Assembly (NCBI GenBank): GCA_965250285.1
Contig: OZ252299.1
Location: 2,656,001 to 2,720,000, forward strand
Direction: 5' to 3'
Length of the DNA: 64,000 nucleotides
Origin: Myxococcota bacterium
GTDB lineage: Bacteria > Myxococcota_A > UBA9160 > UBA4427
Below the pieces are notes generated by a model. It had not been told where the DNA came from. It searched no databases and saw only the letters and a program-made list of their open reading frames with translations. Of this stretch, positions 1 to 9,682 are shown one piece after another; position 1 is the stretch's first letter, and the number at the start of each line of letters is the position of its first letter. The translations under genes and the position numbers were made by a program.

Positions 1-1463
1 TCATCGACGGGGAAGCTCGGCTCGGGCGCGCCCAGCCGATCGAGCTCGGGGCGGTCGTCGCCCTGCGCTCCTTCGAGGAAGGCGCCGCGAAAGGCCGTGA
101 GCGACGTCGGCAGCAGACCGGCCGTGGCCTCGTCGATCAGCAGGATCGCGTCGCCGCCGGCCTGCGCCGCATACGTGCCGATGCCGGGCCGGGTGCGTCC
201 GAGGACCACGTCGGCGAGCAGCGGCGCCGTGGCGCCCGAGCTGCCCTCTCCCCAGACGCGCAGCGCGATCCGCGGGGGCGCGATGCCGAGCGACGCCTGC
301 TCGGCGGGGCCGAGCCGATCCGCCACGACGTCGATGCCGTCGAGGCTCGACAGCGTCGTCACGACCCCCGAGGCCGCGGCGGCCGACATCGGTTCGGGGC
401 TGGTGACCCAGCGCCCGCCGACGAGCTCGCCCTGGATCCGCACCGGCTCGGGGCCCTCCGCGTCGGCCAGCGTGATCTCGAAGCTGCGCGCGGCGTCGAT
501 CGCGAAGCGCGAGAGCGTCTTGTCGCGGTAGTCGGCGACGCGACGCGGCCAGTCATCGGCCCGCTCTGCGGCGACCTCGAAGAGGGCGCCCTCGCGTCCG
601 CGAATCACGATGCGCGGCTCCGCACCGGCGGTCGGCGCCGCCGCGACGAGGTCGACGTCGACGAGCGTCGCGCCGGCCCCGCTCAGCTCGGCGGCGAAGA
701 ACGGCGCATCGAACGCCGACGGCGCGACGTCGTCTTCGGGGAAGCCGTCGGCTCGCAGATAGGCGAGGTCGGAGAGGAGCCCGTCGACGCGCAGGCGATC
801 GGCGCGCTCTTCGACCGGATCGATCAGCCACCATCCGTCGCTTCTTCGCTCGAGCTCGACAGCGCCATCGACCCACGCGAAGCGGGCGCGCTGCACGGCG
901 GCCGTCTCGAAGGGCCAGACCCGCGTATCGCGCAGCTCGTCGAGGGTCTTGCCGAACGCTACGAGCGCATTCGCCGGGACGAGCACGATGTCGCTCGCAT
1001 CGTCGAGCAGCACGTAGCGTTCACCGCCCACCGGTGCGCTGCCGCCCAGACGCACGGTGCGCGGCGCCCCATTCGCCACGAACGAGATGGACGCGGCATC
1101 GGGGCCAAGGCCGAACGCGGCGAGGTCGTCGCCCTGCACTCGCTTCTCGCTGCTGAGCTCGGCGAGGCCCGCGAGCATCGCGTCGACGGCCGAGCTGCTC
1201 GCGGGAAAGTCGATCGGCGAGGTGATCTGCCAGCGCGCCCCGGCCCCTTCGCCCTCGCCCTCGCGGACGAGATCGACCTGGACACCGTGCACGGTCGTGA
1301 CCGAGAGCGACGTGATCTGGTCGGCTTCGATTTCGGGCCAGAGCTGATTGCGCTTCGCCTCGGCCGCCGTTCGCTCGGCGCCGCCGCGAATCTCGTAGAA
1401 GTAGATGAAGGCGCCGAGCAGCGCGGCAATGAGCGCGAGGACCGCCGTGTGGCGCGGCTGCAC
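1..1463 (-). CDS. DUF4340-like domain protein (partial, runs off left edge)
   Basis: Not in the ORF track because there is no stop in the window. Manual translation from GTG at 1463: MQPRHTAVLALIAALLGAFIYFYEIRGG...WQITSPIDFPASSSAVDAMLAGLAEL...LAAFGL. N-terminal TM helix plus W-x-I-x-x-P...A and FGL motifs typical of DUF4340; lies just after the GldG-like gene. Confidence 0.75.
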   Translation of the reverse strand, partial: MQPRHTAVLALIAALLGAFIYFYEIRGGAERTAAEAKRNQLWPEIEADQITSLSVTTVHGVQVDLVREGEGEGAGARWQITSPIDFPASSSAVDAMLAGLAELSSEKRVQGDDLAAFGLGPDAASISFVANGAPRTVRLGGSAPVGGERYVLLDDASDIVLVPANALVAFGKTLDELRDTRVWPFETAAVQRARFAWVDGAVELERRSDGWWLIDPVEERADRLRVDGLLSDLAYLRADGFPEDDVAPSAFDAPFFAAELSGAGATLVDVDLVAAAPTAGAEPRIVIRGREGALFEVAAERADDWPRRVADYRDKTLSRFAIDAARSFEITLADAEGPEPVRIQGELVGGRWVTSPEPMSAAAASGVVTTLSSLDGIDVVADRLGPAEQASLGIAPPRIALRVWGEGSSGATAPLLADVVLGRTRPGIGTYAAQAGGDAILLIDEATAGLLPTSLTAFRGAFLEGAQGDDRPELDRLGAPEPSFPVD

Positions 1464-1466
1464 TGG

Positions 1467-3095
1467 TCAACGCTCCGCGCGATCGCGGCGCCACCACCAG
1501 GCGAACACACCGATCACCGCGATCAGCTCGGGCACGAGAAAGAGCGAGAGCGACTGCAGACGCTCGAAGTCGTCGACCGAGAGCCGGTGGCGCGTCGCCT
1601 GCGCGACGTTCGGGCGGAGCGCAATCTGTTCGACGTCGCCGAGCAGCCAGTTGACCGAGTTCAGGAAGAGGTCGCGATTGCGGAAGCTGTCGATGTACTC
1701 GTTGGCCGCGAAGTTCGAGTCGCCGAACGCGACGATGCGGGCCGGGATCGACGCGGCCGGGGCCTCCCCCTCGGCTGCAGAGGGCATCGGCACCACGATC
1801 GAGCCCGCCGCGGCGATCGGGACGGGGCCGGCGAGGTCGCCTTCGCCGAAGACGGCGCGACCGGTGCGCATCCAGTCGTCGAGATCACGCTCGGCCCACG
1901 AGTCGGCGCCGGTCGAGACGATGACGTCGACGTCCTCGCTGTCGAGGTCGACGAGCACGCTGCGAACCATCGGGAAGAGCGCGGTCTCGCTGAGCCCGGC
2001 GGTGATGGGATGGTCCTCGGCGTACTGGCCGGCGAAGGGGCTCGTCGCCTGGCCGAAGAGCGCGAGGCTCCGGTCGACCACGACGTCGTCCCCGAAGCGG
2101 ATCCCCCAGTCGGCGAGGTCGTCGTAGAGGTTCGTGTTGGCGCGGGGGTCGATCATCACGAGCAGCGCACCGCCCCCGGCCAGGTAGCGGCGCAGCACGT
2201 CGAGCTCGTGGTCGAGCATCGGCTGCGTCGGCCCCGCCAGAATCAGCGCATCGGCGTCGTCGGGCACCGCGCCGATCGTCGCGAGACGCAGCCCTTCGAC
2301 CGCATACGTCTCGTTGCGCAGGGCGTCGGCGGCGCGCCCGGCGCTCTCCTTGCCCACCGCGGTCGCGCCTTCGGCGTCGACGATCGGTCGCTCGTTGTGA
2401 CCGGTCACGAAGTAGACCTTCTTGCCGCTGTCACGCGTCAGCTTGAGCAAGGCGTTCGTGATGGGCGACTCGCCGAACTCGGTCACGAGGACGGCGTCGG
2501 TGTCGGTCGAGACCCGCATGAGGCCGCGCGCGAGCGCCTCGGGGTCGAGGCCGAGACTCTGCACGACGCCCGGCACCGCGTTGGGATCGAGAAACTCGAC
2601 CGTCACGCGGTCGCTCGCGTAGTCGTAGCGGCCGAGCAGCTCTGCGATGCCCGGCGCCTCGGCGGCCGCGAAGAACGCGGTCAGCGTCACGTCCGTTTCG
2701 AGACCGTCGAGCAGGCCGAGCGTCTGCTCGGTCAGCGTGTTCACCGAATCATCCGACCAGTCGAATCGCGCGTGATACCGAGTCGAGAGGAACGCGAGGC
2801 CACCGAGGATCGCCAGCGACAGCACGGCCGAGAGCACGGCCGACACCCCGTGGCGACCGATTCGACGCCCCTCGTCGGAGCGCAGCCGATCGCGCACCTG
2901 ATCGAACGACATGAAGAGGCCCGCGGTCAGCAGGAGCACGCCGACGAGCAGGTTGGCGCTGACCCAGCCGAAGAGGCTCTCGGCGAGATCCTGACGAACC
3001 GGGTCGTAGAGAAAGAGCTGCACGAGGAGCGAGAGCAGGCCGAAGCCCACGCCCACGAGTCCGAGCCCACCGAGGAGTGCCGGCCAACCCTTCAT
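1467..3095 (-). CDS. GldG-like ABC transporter auxiliary component
   Basis: Start re-picked at MKGWPALL. Three N-terminal TM helices; motifs RFDWSDDSVNTL, KVYFVTGHNE, LILAGP, FGDSNF, NRDLFLNSVNWL; C-terminal TM helix ending WWWRR. Confidence 0.85.
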   Translation of the reverse strand: MKGWPALLGGLGLVGVGFGLLSLLVQLFLYDPVRQDLAESLFGWVSANLLVGVLLLTAGLFMSFDQVRDRLRSDEGRRIGRHGVSAVLSAVLSLAILGGLAFLSTRYHARFDWSDDSVNTLTEQTLGLLDGLETDVTLTAFFAAAEAPGIAELLGRYDYASDRVTVEFLDPNAVPGVVQSLGLDPEALARGLMRVSTDTDAVLVTEFGESPITNALLKLTRDSGKKVYFVTGHNERPIVDAEGATAVGKESAGRAADALRNETYAVEGLRLATIGAVPDDADALILAGPTQPMLDHELDVLRRYLAGGGALLVMIDPRANTNLYDDLADWGIRFGDDVVVDRSLALFGQATSPFAGQYAEDHPITAGLSETALFPMVRSVLVDLDSEDVDVIVSTGADSWAERDLDDWMRTGRAVFGEGDLAGPVPIAAAGSIVVPMPSAAEGEAPAASIPARIVAFGDSNFAANEYIDSFRNRDLFLNSVNWLLGDVEQIALRPNVAQATRHRLSVDDFERLQSLSLFLVPELIAVIGVFAWWWRRDRAER

Positions 3096-3132
3096 CGCGC
3101 GCCTCCGCGCAGCCCTGCCCTTGCGCGTCGGA

Positions 3133-3933
3133 TCAGCGCCATCGGTCGCTCTCCACCGCGGTCTTCGCGAGCACCAGGAAGCCGAGGGTCGTGATGCCGA
3201 AATACGCGAGATCGGCGGTGTCGACGACGCCGCGCAACATCTCTTCGAAGTGCGGCGCCGTGGCCACCCAGCCGAACGCCGCCGCGATCGGCGAAGCGAT
3301 CTCACCGGGGACACCCGACGTAGTCAGGTTGACCAGGAAGGGCAGCATCATGCCGATCACGAGCAGCAGCACCAGCGTCAGGATGAACGCGATCAGCTGG
3401 TTGCGCGTGATCGACGAGCCGAAGGCCCCGACGGCGACGTAGGCGAAGCTCACGCACACCAGCCCGAGCAGGGCCGCCGCGGTCTTGCCGGCGTCGGGGT
3501 CGCCGAAGAAGAAGAGCAACACGGGGAAGAAGGCGACGATCGCAACCATCAGCAGCGCGAAGCCCAGCGCCGCGAGGTACTTGCCGACGACGACCTCCCA
3601 GAGCGTGACCGGGCTCGTCATCAGCAGCTCGATCGTGCCCGTGGCCCGCTCGGTCGAGAAGAGCCCCATGGTCACGGCCGGCATCAGGAAGATCTGCACG
3701 ACCCACATCGCCCCGACGAAGGGGCCGATCAGGTCGTCGTTCAGGTTGATCTCGGCGAGGCGGTCGTAGGCGCCGAACTGCGTGGCCTGCTCGATGGTGA
3801 GCTGGAACGCGACGACGTTCGTGAGAAAGAACGTCCCGGCGAGCACCGCCCAGAGCGTGAGCACGACGTATGCCACGGGCGACACGAAGTACGACCGAAG
3901 CTCGCGCCACGCGATCGACAGCACGTGGCTCAT
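3133..3933 (-). CDS. ABC-2 type permease (GldF-like)
   Basis: MSHVLSIAWRELRSYFVSPVAYVV...TMGLFSTERATGTIELLMTSPV...VVVGKYLA; multiple TM helices. Confidence 0.9.
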   Translation of the reverse strand: MSHVLSIAWRELRSYFVSPVAYVVLTLWAVLAGTFFLTNVVAFQLTIEQATQFGAYDRLAEINLNDDLIGPFVGAMWVVQIFLMPAVTMGLFSTERATGTIELLMTSPVTLWEVVVGKYLAALGFALLMVAIVAFFPVLLFFFGDPDAGKTAAALLGLVCVSFAYVAVGAFGSSITRNQLIAFILTLVLLLVIGMMLPFLVNLTTSGVPGEIASPIAAAFGWVATAPHFEEMLRGVVDTADLAYFGITTLGFLVLAKTAVESDRWR

Positions 3934-4700
3934 GCCGCGTCCTCGCCGGCGTCGTCGCGGGTACTCACGCGCGTGAAGACCTCTTCGAGGGTCTCGCCGC
4001 CCGAAGTCAGCTCGGCCAGCGACGCATCGAGCGCCATTCGACCGCGGTGGATCAGCACGACGCGGTCGCAGAGCGCCTCGACCTCGTTGAGAATGTGCGT
4101 CGAGAGGATCACCGTGTGACCGCCCTGCTCGCCTTCGGGCGCCGCGAGGGACTGGATCAACGACCGGATCTCCCGAATCTGGATCGGATCGAGGCCGACC
4201 GTCGGCTCGTCGAGCACGAGCACCTTGGGGTCGTGCACGATCGCCTGAGCGAGCCCCACGCGCTGGCGGTAGCCCTTCGAGAGGTGACCGATCACGCGAT
4301 CGGCCGTGTCCTCGAGCCCGCACCGCGCCATCGCGCTCGCGACCGCAGCCGCTCGTTCGCCTCGCGGCACGTCCTTGAGCGAGGCAACGAACTGCAGATA
4401 GCCGCGCACGGTCATCTCGGGGTACACGGGCGGGCTCTCGGGCAGGTAGCCGATCGCGCGCCGCGCATCGAGCGGCGCGTCGAAGATGTCGTGCCCGTCG
4501 ATGCGCACGGTGCCGTTCGTCGGCGGGATGAAGCCGGTCAGCATGCGCATCGTCGTCGTCTTGCCGGCCCCGTTCGTGCCGAGAAAGCCGAGAACCTCGC
4601 CGCGAGCCGCGCGAAACGAGAGATCTCGCACCGCCTCGAACTCGCCGTAGCGCTTCGAGAGGCCCTCGACCTCGATGCCGAATGTCGCCTCGCCGCTCAC
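3930..4700 (-). CDS. ABC transporter ATP-binding protein (GldA-like)
   Basis: Walker A GTNGAGKTT, LSKGYRQRVGLAQA, LDEPTVGLDP, STHIL. GTG start overlaps the TetR stop. Confidence 0.92.
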   Translation of the reverse strand: MSGEATFGIEVEGLSKRYGEFEAVRDLSFRAARGEVLGFLGTNGAGKTTTMRMLTGFIPPTNGTVRIDGHDIFDAPLDARRAIGYLPESPPVYPEMTVRGYLQFVASLKDVPRGERAAAVASAMARCGLEDTADRVIGHLSKGYRQRVGLAQAIVHDPKVLVLDEPTVGLDPIQIREIRSLIQSLAAPEGEQGGHTVILSTHILNEVEALCDRVVLIHRGRMALDASLAELTSGGETLEEVFTRVSTRDDAGEDAA

Positions 4701-5398
4701 CCTGCCCCCCCGCTCGAGCTGCCATCGTCGCGCGTGCCGCCGCCGCACCGCGGGCGCATTCCGTTGAGGAACAGGTCGACCACCGTGCGCGCGACGTTGA
4801 TGTAGTACGTCGCTTCGTCGTCCGCATCCCCTTCGACCGGCAGGATGTCGAGCACGCGCCCCGTCACCACGATGTCGAGCCCGCCGATGAAGAGGTAGGA
4901 CGCGGTGCGCGGCTCGAGGTCGGCGCGGAGCTCGCCCTTCTTCTGCCCCTCGGCGACGATGCCACCGACGAGGCCGAACAGACGCCCCATCGCCTCGAGG
5001 CGGTCGCGGTCGTGGAATCTCGGTGAACGCTGAATCTCGAAGACGAGCACCTTCACCCAGTCGCGTCGCACGCGGTAGGCGTTGAGGATGAGCGCGGCGA
5101 CCGAGAGCAGCTTGTCCTCGGTGCCGCTGCCGCTCTCGGCGATCGCCTCGATCGCGTCGAGGAACGCCCCCCACTGCTCGTCGAAGATGGTGTCGAGCAC
5201 CTCCTCCTTGTTCTTGAAATAGTGGTAGACGAGCCCGTAGGCGATGCCCGCCTCGCGCGCGATGTCCGAGACGCGCGAGCCGTGATAGCCGTTGCGCGCG
5301 AACACCTTGATCGCCGCCTCCACGATGAGCTGCCGCTTGTCGCGGCCGGCGCGGCTGCGCTCGCTCTCGTCGGGGGATCGGGGGACCATGGGCTCCAC
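4697..5398 (-). CDS. TetR/AcrR family transcriptional regulator
   Basis: IVEAAIKVFARNGYHGSRVSDIAREAGIAYGLVYHYFKNKEEVL is a canonical TetR HTH. Confidence 0.93.
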   Translation of the reverse strand: MEPMVPRSPDESERSRAGRDKRQLIVEAAIKVFARNGYHGSRVSDIAREAGIAYGLVYHYFKNKEEVLDTIFDEQWGAFLDAIEAIAESGSGTEDKLLSVAALILNAYRVRRDWVKVLVFEIQRSPRFHDRDRLEAMGRLFGLVGGIVAEGQKKGELRADLEPRTASYLFIGGLDIVVTGRVLDILPVEGDADDEATYYINVARTVVDLFLNGMRPRCGGGTRDDGSSSGGAG

Positions 5399-5435
5399 AG
5401 GCGCCGAAGGCGATCGAAAGGGTGGGCGACGGCCG

Positions 5436-5465
5436 ATGATATGAGGCGCGCCGCGCGGCAGTCAA
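5436..5465 (-). promoter_or_regulatory. Putative sigma-70 promoter of the tetR-ABC operon
   Basis: Minus strand TTGACT-N18-TATCAT about 40 bp upstream of tetR. Confidence 0.55.
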
Positions 5466-5586
5466 CCGGCGCATGCGCCGGCAACCGGCCGGCGGTGCTC
5501 GCGAATCGATGCGCGTGAACGGCTCGAAAAGGGCCCCGGAACGCGGCGGATGGGTCGGTCGGTGCGTGTGGAGCTATCCTCGACGC

Positions 5587-5853
5587 ATGCGCCGACCGCA
5601 CCCGACAGCCGCTCGCGCCTTCGCGAGCATCGGCATCGTGTGGCTGATTGCGACGCTCGCCGCGGCGAGCCCCGCCGCCGAGCCCGCGCCCGACCCGCCC
5701 GCGCGAGCCGAGACCCGCGCGCGGCCGATTCCCGTCGGTGCATTCTGCCCGGCGCGGCCGGCCGATCCGCTGCGAGAGGCGTCGACCTTCGGCGTGACGG
5801 CGCTGGTGATGTGGGCGCTGGTGCGACGCAGGGAGCGACGCGCAGCCGACTGA
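5587..5853 (+). CDS. Small hypothetical membrane/secreted protein
   Basis: MRRPHPTAARAFASIGIVWLIATLAAASPAA (signal-like), Pro-rich linker, C-terminal TM helix (FGVTALVMWALV) and basic tail RRRERR. Fills the gap between convergent genes. Confidence 0.45.
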   Translation: MRRPHPTAARAFASIGIVWLIATLAAASPAAEPAPDPPARAETRARPIPVGAFCPARPADPLREASTFGVTALVMWALVRRRERRAAD

Positions 5854-5870
5854 GCCGGCGCGGGCCTCGA

Positions 5871-6194
5871 TCAGCTGCGAGACACCGTCAGCCACTGGAA
5901 CGAGCTCGACGAGCCCGAAACGCGGCCGCTCTGACCGGGCGTGAAGGTGATGGTCCGATCGTCGGAGCTGCTCTCGAGGATCTGCCGAAAGCCCGCGATC
6001 TTGCGCTCGGGGTCTTCGGGGTTCAGGCCGTGAAACACGATCTCGACCTGCTTGCAGGTATCGAGCACGTTGAGCACGAGCGCCGCCAGCGAAAAGAGCT
6101 TGCCGATCCCCTCGACCGCCTCCACCGCGAATCGGGGGACGTCGATGTCATCGAGATCGAGCTTGTATTCGAGACGCATGCGCGTGCTCCTCAA
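5871..6194 (-). CDS. Hypothetical protein
   Basis: 107-aa ORF with normal globular composition (RLEYKLDLDDIDVPRFAVEAVEG...) and GC3-biased codons. A GAGGAG RBS precedes an alternative ATG at 6179. Confidence 0.7.
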   Translation of the reverse strand: MRSTRMRLEYKLDLDDIDVPRFAVEAVEGIGKLFSLAALVLNVLDTCKQVEIVFHGLNPEDPERKIAGFRQILESSSDDRTITFTPGQSGRVSGSSSSFQWLTVSRS

Positions 6195-6293
6195 TGGCCC
6201 GCGGCACCGCCGTCTGCAGCGAGACCGCTCCGAAGGGCGCGCAAGGTCGCCTTCCGGTCGTAGGGTGTCAAGACCGACGCGGGACCGGCCGGT

Positions 6294-7595
6294 TCAGTCG
6301 CCGTGGCGATTCGCGCCGGGATCGACGTCGGCGAGCGCCGACACGCGGGCGTGGAACTCTTCGCGCGTGATGACGCCCTTCTCGATCAGCAGCTGAGTCA
6401 GAACGTGCAGGATCGTGCGGGTCTTGGCCTCGTAGCTGGCGAGGCTCTCGACGGGCGGCAGGTCGGGCACCACCGCGGCGCTGGCCGGCTTCTTGGGCGG
6501 GGGCGCGGCGAGCGACTCTTCGCCGAAATGAGGCCGCGTCACGTCGAGGTCCAGGCCGTACCCGGGCGACTGCGATGGGGCTGGTTGCGCCGCACGACCA
6601 GGCGACTGCGACGGGGCCGGCTGCTCCGCGCGACCAGGCGACCGCGATGGGTCGGGTTGCACGGCGCGAGTGCGCGACTGCGCAGGGTCGGGTTGCACCG
6701 CGCGAACGGGCGACTGCGCGGGGTCGGGTTTCACCGCGCGATCAGGCGACTGCGATGGGGCCCGCTGCTTCGGGCCTGCCGGCGACTGCGACGGGGCCGG
6801 CTGCTCCGCGCGTGCCGGTGCCGACGATGCGGCGGGTTGGACCGGGAGCGTGGGCGCCGGCGATGCGGGCGGCTCGACCGGGCGTGCGGGCGCCGGCGGT
6901 GCGCCCGGCTCCACGGAGGTGGCCGGCGCAGCGGGGGCGGGGGCGGAAGACGCTTCGCCATTCGAATCCGGGATCGGGGTCGGATGTGCCGTGGGAGCCG
7001 ACGACGTCGGCTCGCTCGCGGCGCCGCCGGTGAAGTGCGCGACGAGCTCGGCGGTGCCATCGCCGCGGTCGCCCGGCTGCACCGCAGCTTCGCCCGGGGC
7101 CGCTGACGAATCGCTCGCGGCCGCCTGCCCGGGCGCGGCCTCGGCGCTCGCGGCCGCACGGTAGTACCGGTCGATGCCTTCGGAGATCTCCGAAGGCGCC
7201 ATCATCACGGGCTTGACCTGCAGGCCGGTTCGAAACGCGAGGTCATCGAGCACAGCGAGGTCACCCGGATCCTCCATCGCGAGGTACAGCGTGGTGTGGT
7301 TGTCGGCGCGCTTGACGAAGAGCGGCAGCACGAGATTGCGCTCGGCCAGATCGGCGGGAACGAGGGCGAGCACATCGGGCGCGATGCGCTTGCCTTCGAG
7401 GCTCGCGACCGGCAGCGAGAGCTGACTCGCCAGCGCGCGCACGAGCGAACGCTCGTCGAGGCTGCCCATCTTCACGAGCGTCGCTCCGAGCGGCTGCCCC
7501 CAGCGGCGCTGCTCGCCCAGGGCGGCGTTCAGTTGATGTTGGTCGATGACCCCTGCCCTCAGCAGGATCTCGCCGATCCGGATCGTTCCGGCCAT
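6294..7595 (-). CDS. MshEN (GspE N-terminal, c-di-GMP-binding) domain protein with Pro-rich repeat linker
   Basis: RIGEILLRAGVIDQHQLNAALGEQ...PLGATLVKMGSLDERSLVRALASQ and LAMEDPGDLAVLDDLAFRTG. No ATPase domain. C-terminal LLIEKGVITREEF. Confidence 0.85.
   Translation of the reverse strand: MAGTIRIGEILLRAGVIDQHQLNAALGEQRRWGQPLGATLVKMGSLDERSLVRALASQLSLPVASLEGKRIAPDVLALVPADLAERNLVLPLFVKRADNHTTLYLAMEDPGDLAVLDDLAFRTGLQVKPVMMAPSEISEGIDRYYRAAASAEAAPGQAAASDSSAAPGEAAVQPGDRGDGTAELVAHFTGGAASEPTSSAPTAHPTPIPDSNGEASSAPAPAAPATSVEPGAPPAPARPVEPPASPAPTLPVQPAASSAPARAEQPAPSQSPAGPKQRAPSQSPDRAVKPDPAQSPVRAVQPDPAQSRTRAVQPDPSRSPGRAEQPAPSQSPGRAAQPAPSQSPGYGLDLDVTRPHFGEESLAAPPPKKPASAAVVPDLPPVESLASYEAKTRTILHVLTQLLIEKGVITREEFHARVSALADVDPGANRHGD
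6561..6812 (-). repeat. Seven tandem 36-bp (12-aa) intragenic repeats
   Basis: RAEQPAPSQSPA / GPKQRAPSQSPD / RAVKPDPAQSPV / RAVQPDPAQSRT / RAVQPDPSRSPG / RAEQPAPSQSPG / RAAQPAPSQSPG. Confidence 0.9.
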
Positions 7596-7706
7596 GCTGC
7601 ACCCCTCCGTCGCTCATCCGCTCATCGGCAGAAGCAACGGAGACGTGAAGCTTTGGCGGTGGATCGGCGCCGTCGATGGGGAAACCCCCTCGGCGCCCGC
7701 GCGACG

Positions 7707-8690
7707 TCAGTCGGTGGCCCCGTCGGCGAGGAAGCACCGGGCCAGCCGGCTGGCGCCCAGATCGACGACCGGCGGGTCTTCGGTCGCGCAGCGGTCGAGC
7801 ACCACCGGGCACCGCGTGTGAAAGTGACAGCCGCTCGGGGGATTCGAGGGCGACGGCACGTCGCCGAGCAGCGGCGGATCGGCGTTGCGCCGCTGCGGGT
7901 CGACCGACGGCACCGCATCGAGCAGGCCCCGCGTGTACGGGTGCTTCGGATCGTCGAACAGCGCGGCGGTCGGCGCGGTCTCGACGATGCGGCCGAGATA
8001 CATGACCGCGACCCGGTCGGCGAGGTAGCGCACGACGCCGAGATCATGCGTAATGAACAGGTACGCGAGACCGAGATCGCGCTGCAGATCGGCGAGCAGG
8101 TTCAGGATCTGCGCCTGGATCGAGACGTCGAGCGCCGACACCGATTCGTCGCAGACGAGCAGCTTCGGTTCGACCGCGAGGGCCCGCGCGATGCAGATGC
8201 GCTGCCGCTGCCCGCCCGAGAACTCGTGCGGGTACTGCCACATCTGCTCGGGGTCGAGCTGGACGCGCTCGAGCGACGCGCCGACCTTGCGCGTCAGCTC
8301 GGCCTCGCCGGTTGCGAGACCGAACGAACGCATGCCCTCGGCGATGATCTCGCGAATGCGCATGCGTGGGTTCAGCGAGGCCATCGGATCCTGAAAGACG
8401 ATCTGCAACCGACGGCGCCGCTCGCGCAGCTCGGCGTGCGAGAGCGTTCGCAGATCGACGCCTTCGAAGAGGATCCGCCCCGCCTGGGGCTCGACCAGAC
8501 GCAGGATCGATCGCCCGACCGTCGTCTTTCCGCAGCCCGATTCACCGACCAGGGCCAGCGTCTCGCCGGCCGCGACCTCGAGGTCGACTCCGGTCGCGGC
8601 CTGCACGTGCCCCACGGTTCGGCGCAGCACGCCGTGCTTGATCGGGAACCACGTCTGCAGCCCCTCGACCCGGAGCAGCGGCTCGCTCAC
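7707..8690 (-). CDS. oppF: Oligopeptide/dipeptide ABC transporter ATP-binding protein (OppF/DppF)
   Basis: GESGCGKTT, YPHEFSGGQRQR, CDESVSALDVSIQAQ, HPYTRGLL, GCHFHTRCP. Confidence 0.9.
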   Translation of the reverse strand: MSEPLLRVEGLQTWFPIKHGVLRRTVGHVQAATGVDLEVAAGETLALVGESGCGKTTVGRSILRLVEPQAGRILFEGVDLRTLSHAELRERRRRLQIVFQDPMASLNPRMRIREIIAEGMRSFGLATGEAELTRKVGASLERVQLDPEQMWQYPHEFSGGQRQRICIARALAVEPKLLVCDESVSALDVSIQAQILNLLADLQRDLGLAYLFITHDLGVVRYLADRVAVMYLGRIVETAPTAALFDDPKHPYTRGLLDAVPSVDPQRRNADPPLLGDVPSPSNPPSGCHFHTRCPVVLDRCATEDPPVVDLGASRLARCFLADGATD

Positions 8691-9682
8691 TCGTCTGCCC
8701 CCCCGGCCGCGGCGAGATCGCGCTCGACGGCATGACAGCGGACGGTGTGGCCATCGACCACGTGGGTGTCGCGCGGCTCGTCGACCGTGCAGACGTCGAG
8801 GCGACGATCGCAGCGCGCGGCGAAGCGGCAGCCCTTCGGCCAGTGCCCCGGCGACGGGACGACCCCCGGTATCTCGGGCAGGCGCTCGCCGTGGGCCGAG
8901 TGTGCCGGCATCGAACGAAGCAGACCCGCCGTGTACGGATGCCTCGGCCGCGAGAGCAGCACCTCGCGCGACGTCTCTTCGACGACCTGCCCGGTGTACA
9001 TGACGGCCACGCGATCGGCGAGCTCGTTCACGATGCCGAGATCGTGCGTGATCAACAGGATCGCGAGCCCGTCTTCTCGTTGCAGCCGGCGCAAGAGACT
9101 CACGATCTGGGCCTGGATCGTGACGTCGAGGGCCGTGGTCGGCTCGTCGGCGATCAACACGTCGGGCCGGGTCGAGAGCGCCATCGCGATCATCACGCGC
9201 TGCTTCAAGCCGCCCGAGAGCTGGTGGGGGAAGGCGCGCAGTCGATCCTCGGGATCGGGAATGCCGACATGACCGAAGAGCTCTCGAGTGCGCTCGAGTG
9301 CGGCCTCCTTCGAGACCTTCTCGTGCAGGCGGATCGCCTCGACCACCTGCTGGCCGACGCGTACGACCGGGTTCAGGCTCGTCATGGGCTCCTGGAAGAT
9401 CATCGAGATGCGACGACCGCGAATGCGCCGCATGTCGGCGACCTTGAGATCGAGCACCTCCTGCCCGTCGAGCTTCACGCTGCCCGACGTGACCCGCCCC
9501 GGGCGCGGGACGAGGCGCAGCAGCGACAGCGCCGTCATCGACTTGCCCGACCCCGACTCGCCGACGAGCGCGAGGACGCGTCCCCGATCGAGCTCGAAGT
9601 CGACGCCGTCGACGATCGGCACGGCGTCGTCGCCGATCGGGAACCGGGCGGTGAGCCCACGCACCTCGAGGAGCGCGCTCAT
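8687..9682 (-). CDS. oppD: Oligopeptide/dipeptide ABC transporter ATP-binding protein (OppD/DppD)
   Basis: Start MSALLEVRGL; GESGSGKS, FPHQLSGGLKQR, ADEPTTALDVTIQAQ, GCRFAARC. Confidence 0.9.
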   Translation of the reverse strand: MSALLEVRGLTARFPIGDDAVPIVDGVDFELDRGRVLALVGESGSGKSMTALSLLRLVPRPGRVTSGSVKLDGQEVLDLKVADMRRIRGRRISMIFQEPMTSLNPVVRVGQQVVEAIRLHEKVSKEAALERTRELFGHVGIPDPEDRLRAFPHQLSGGLKQRVMIAMALSTRPDVLIADEPTTALDVTIQAQIVSLLRRLQREDGLAILLITHDLGIVNELADRVAVMYTGQVVEETSREVLLSRPRHPYTAGLLRSMPAHSAHGERLPEIPGVVPSPGHWPKGCRFAARCDRRLDVCTVDEPRDTHVVDGHTVRCHAVERDLAAAGGADE

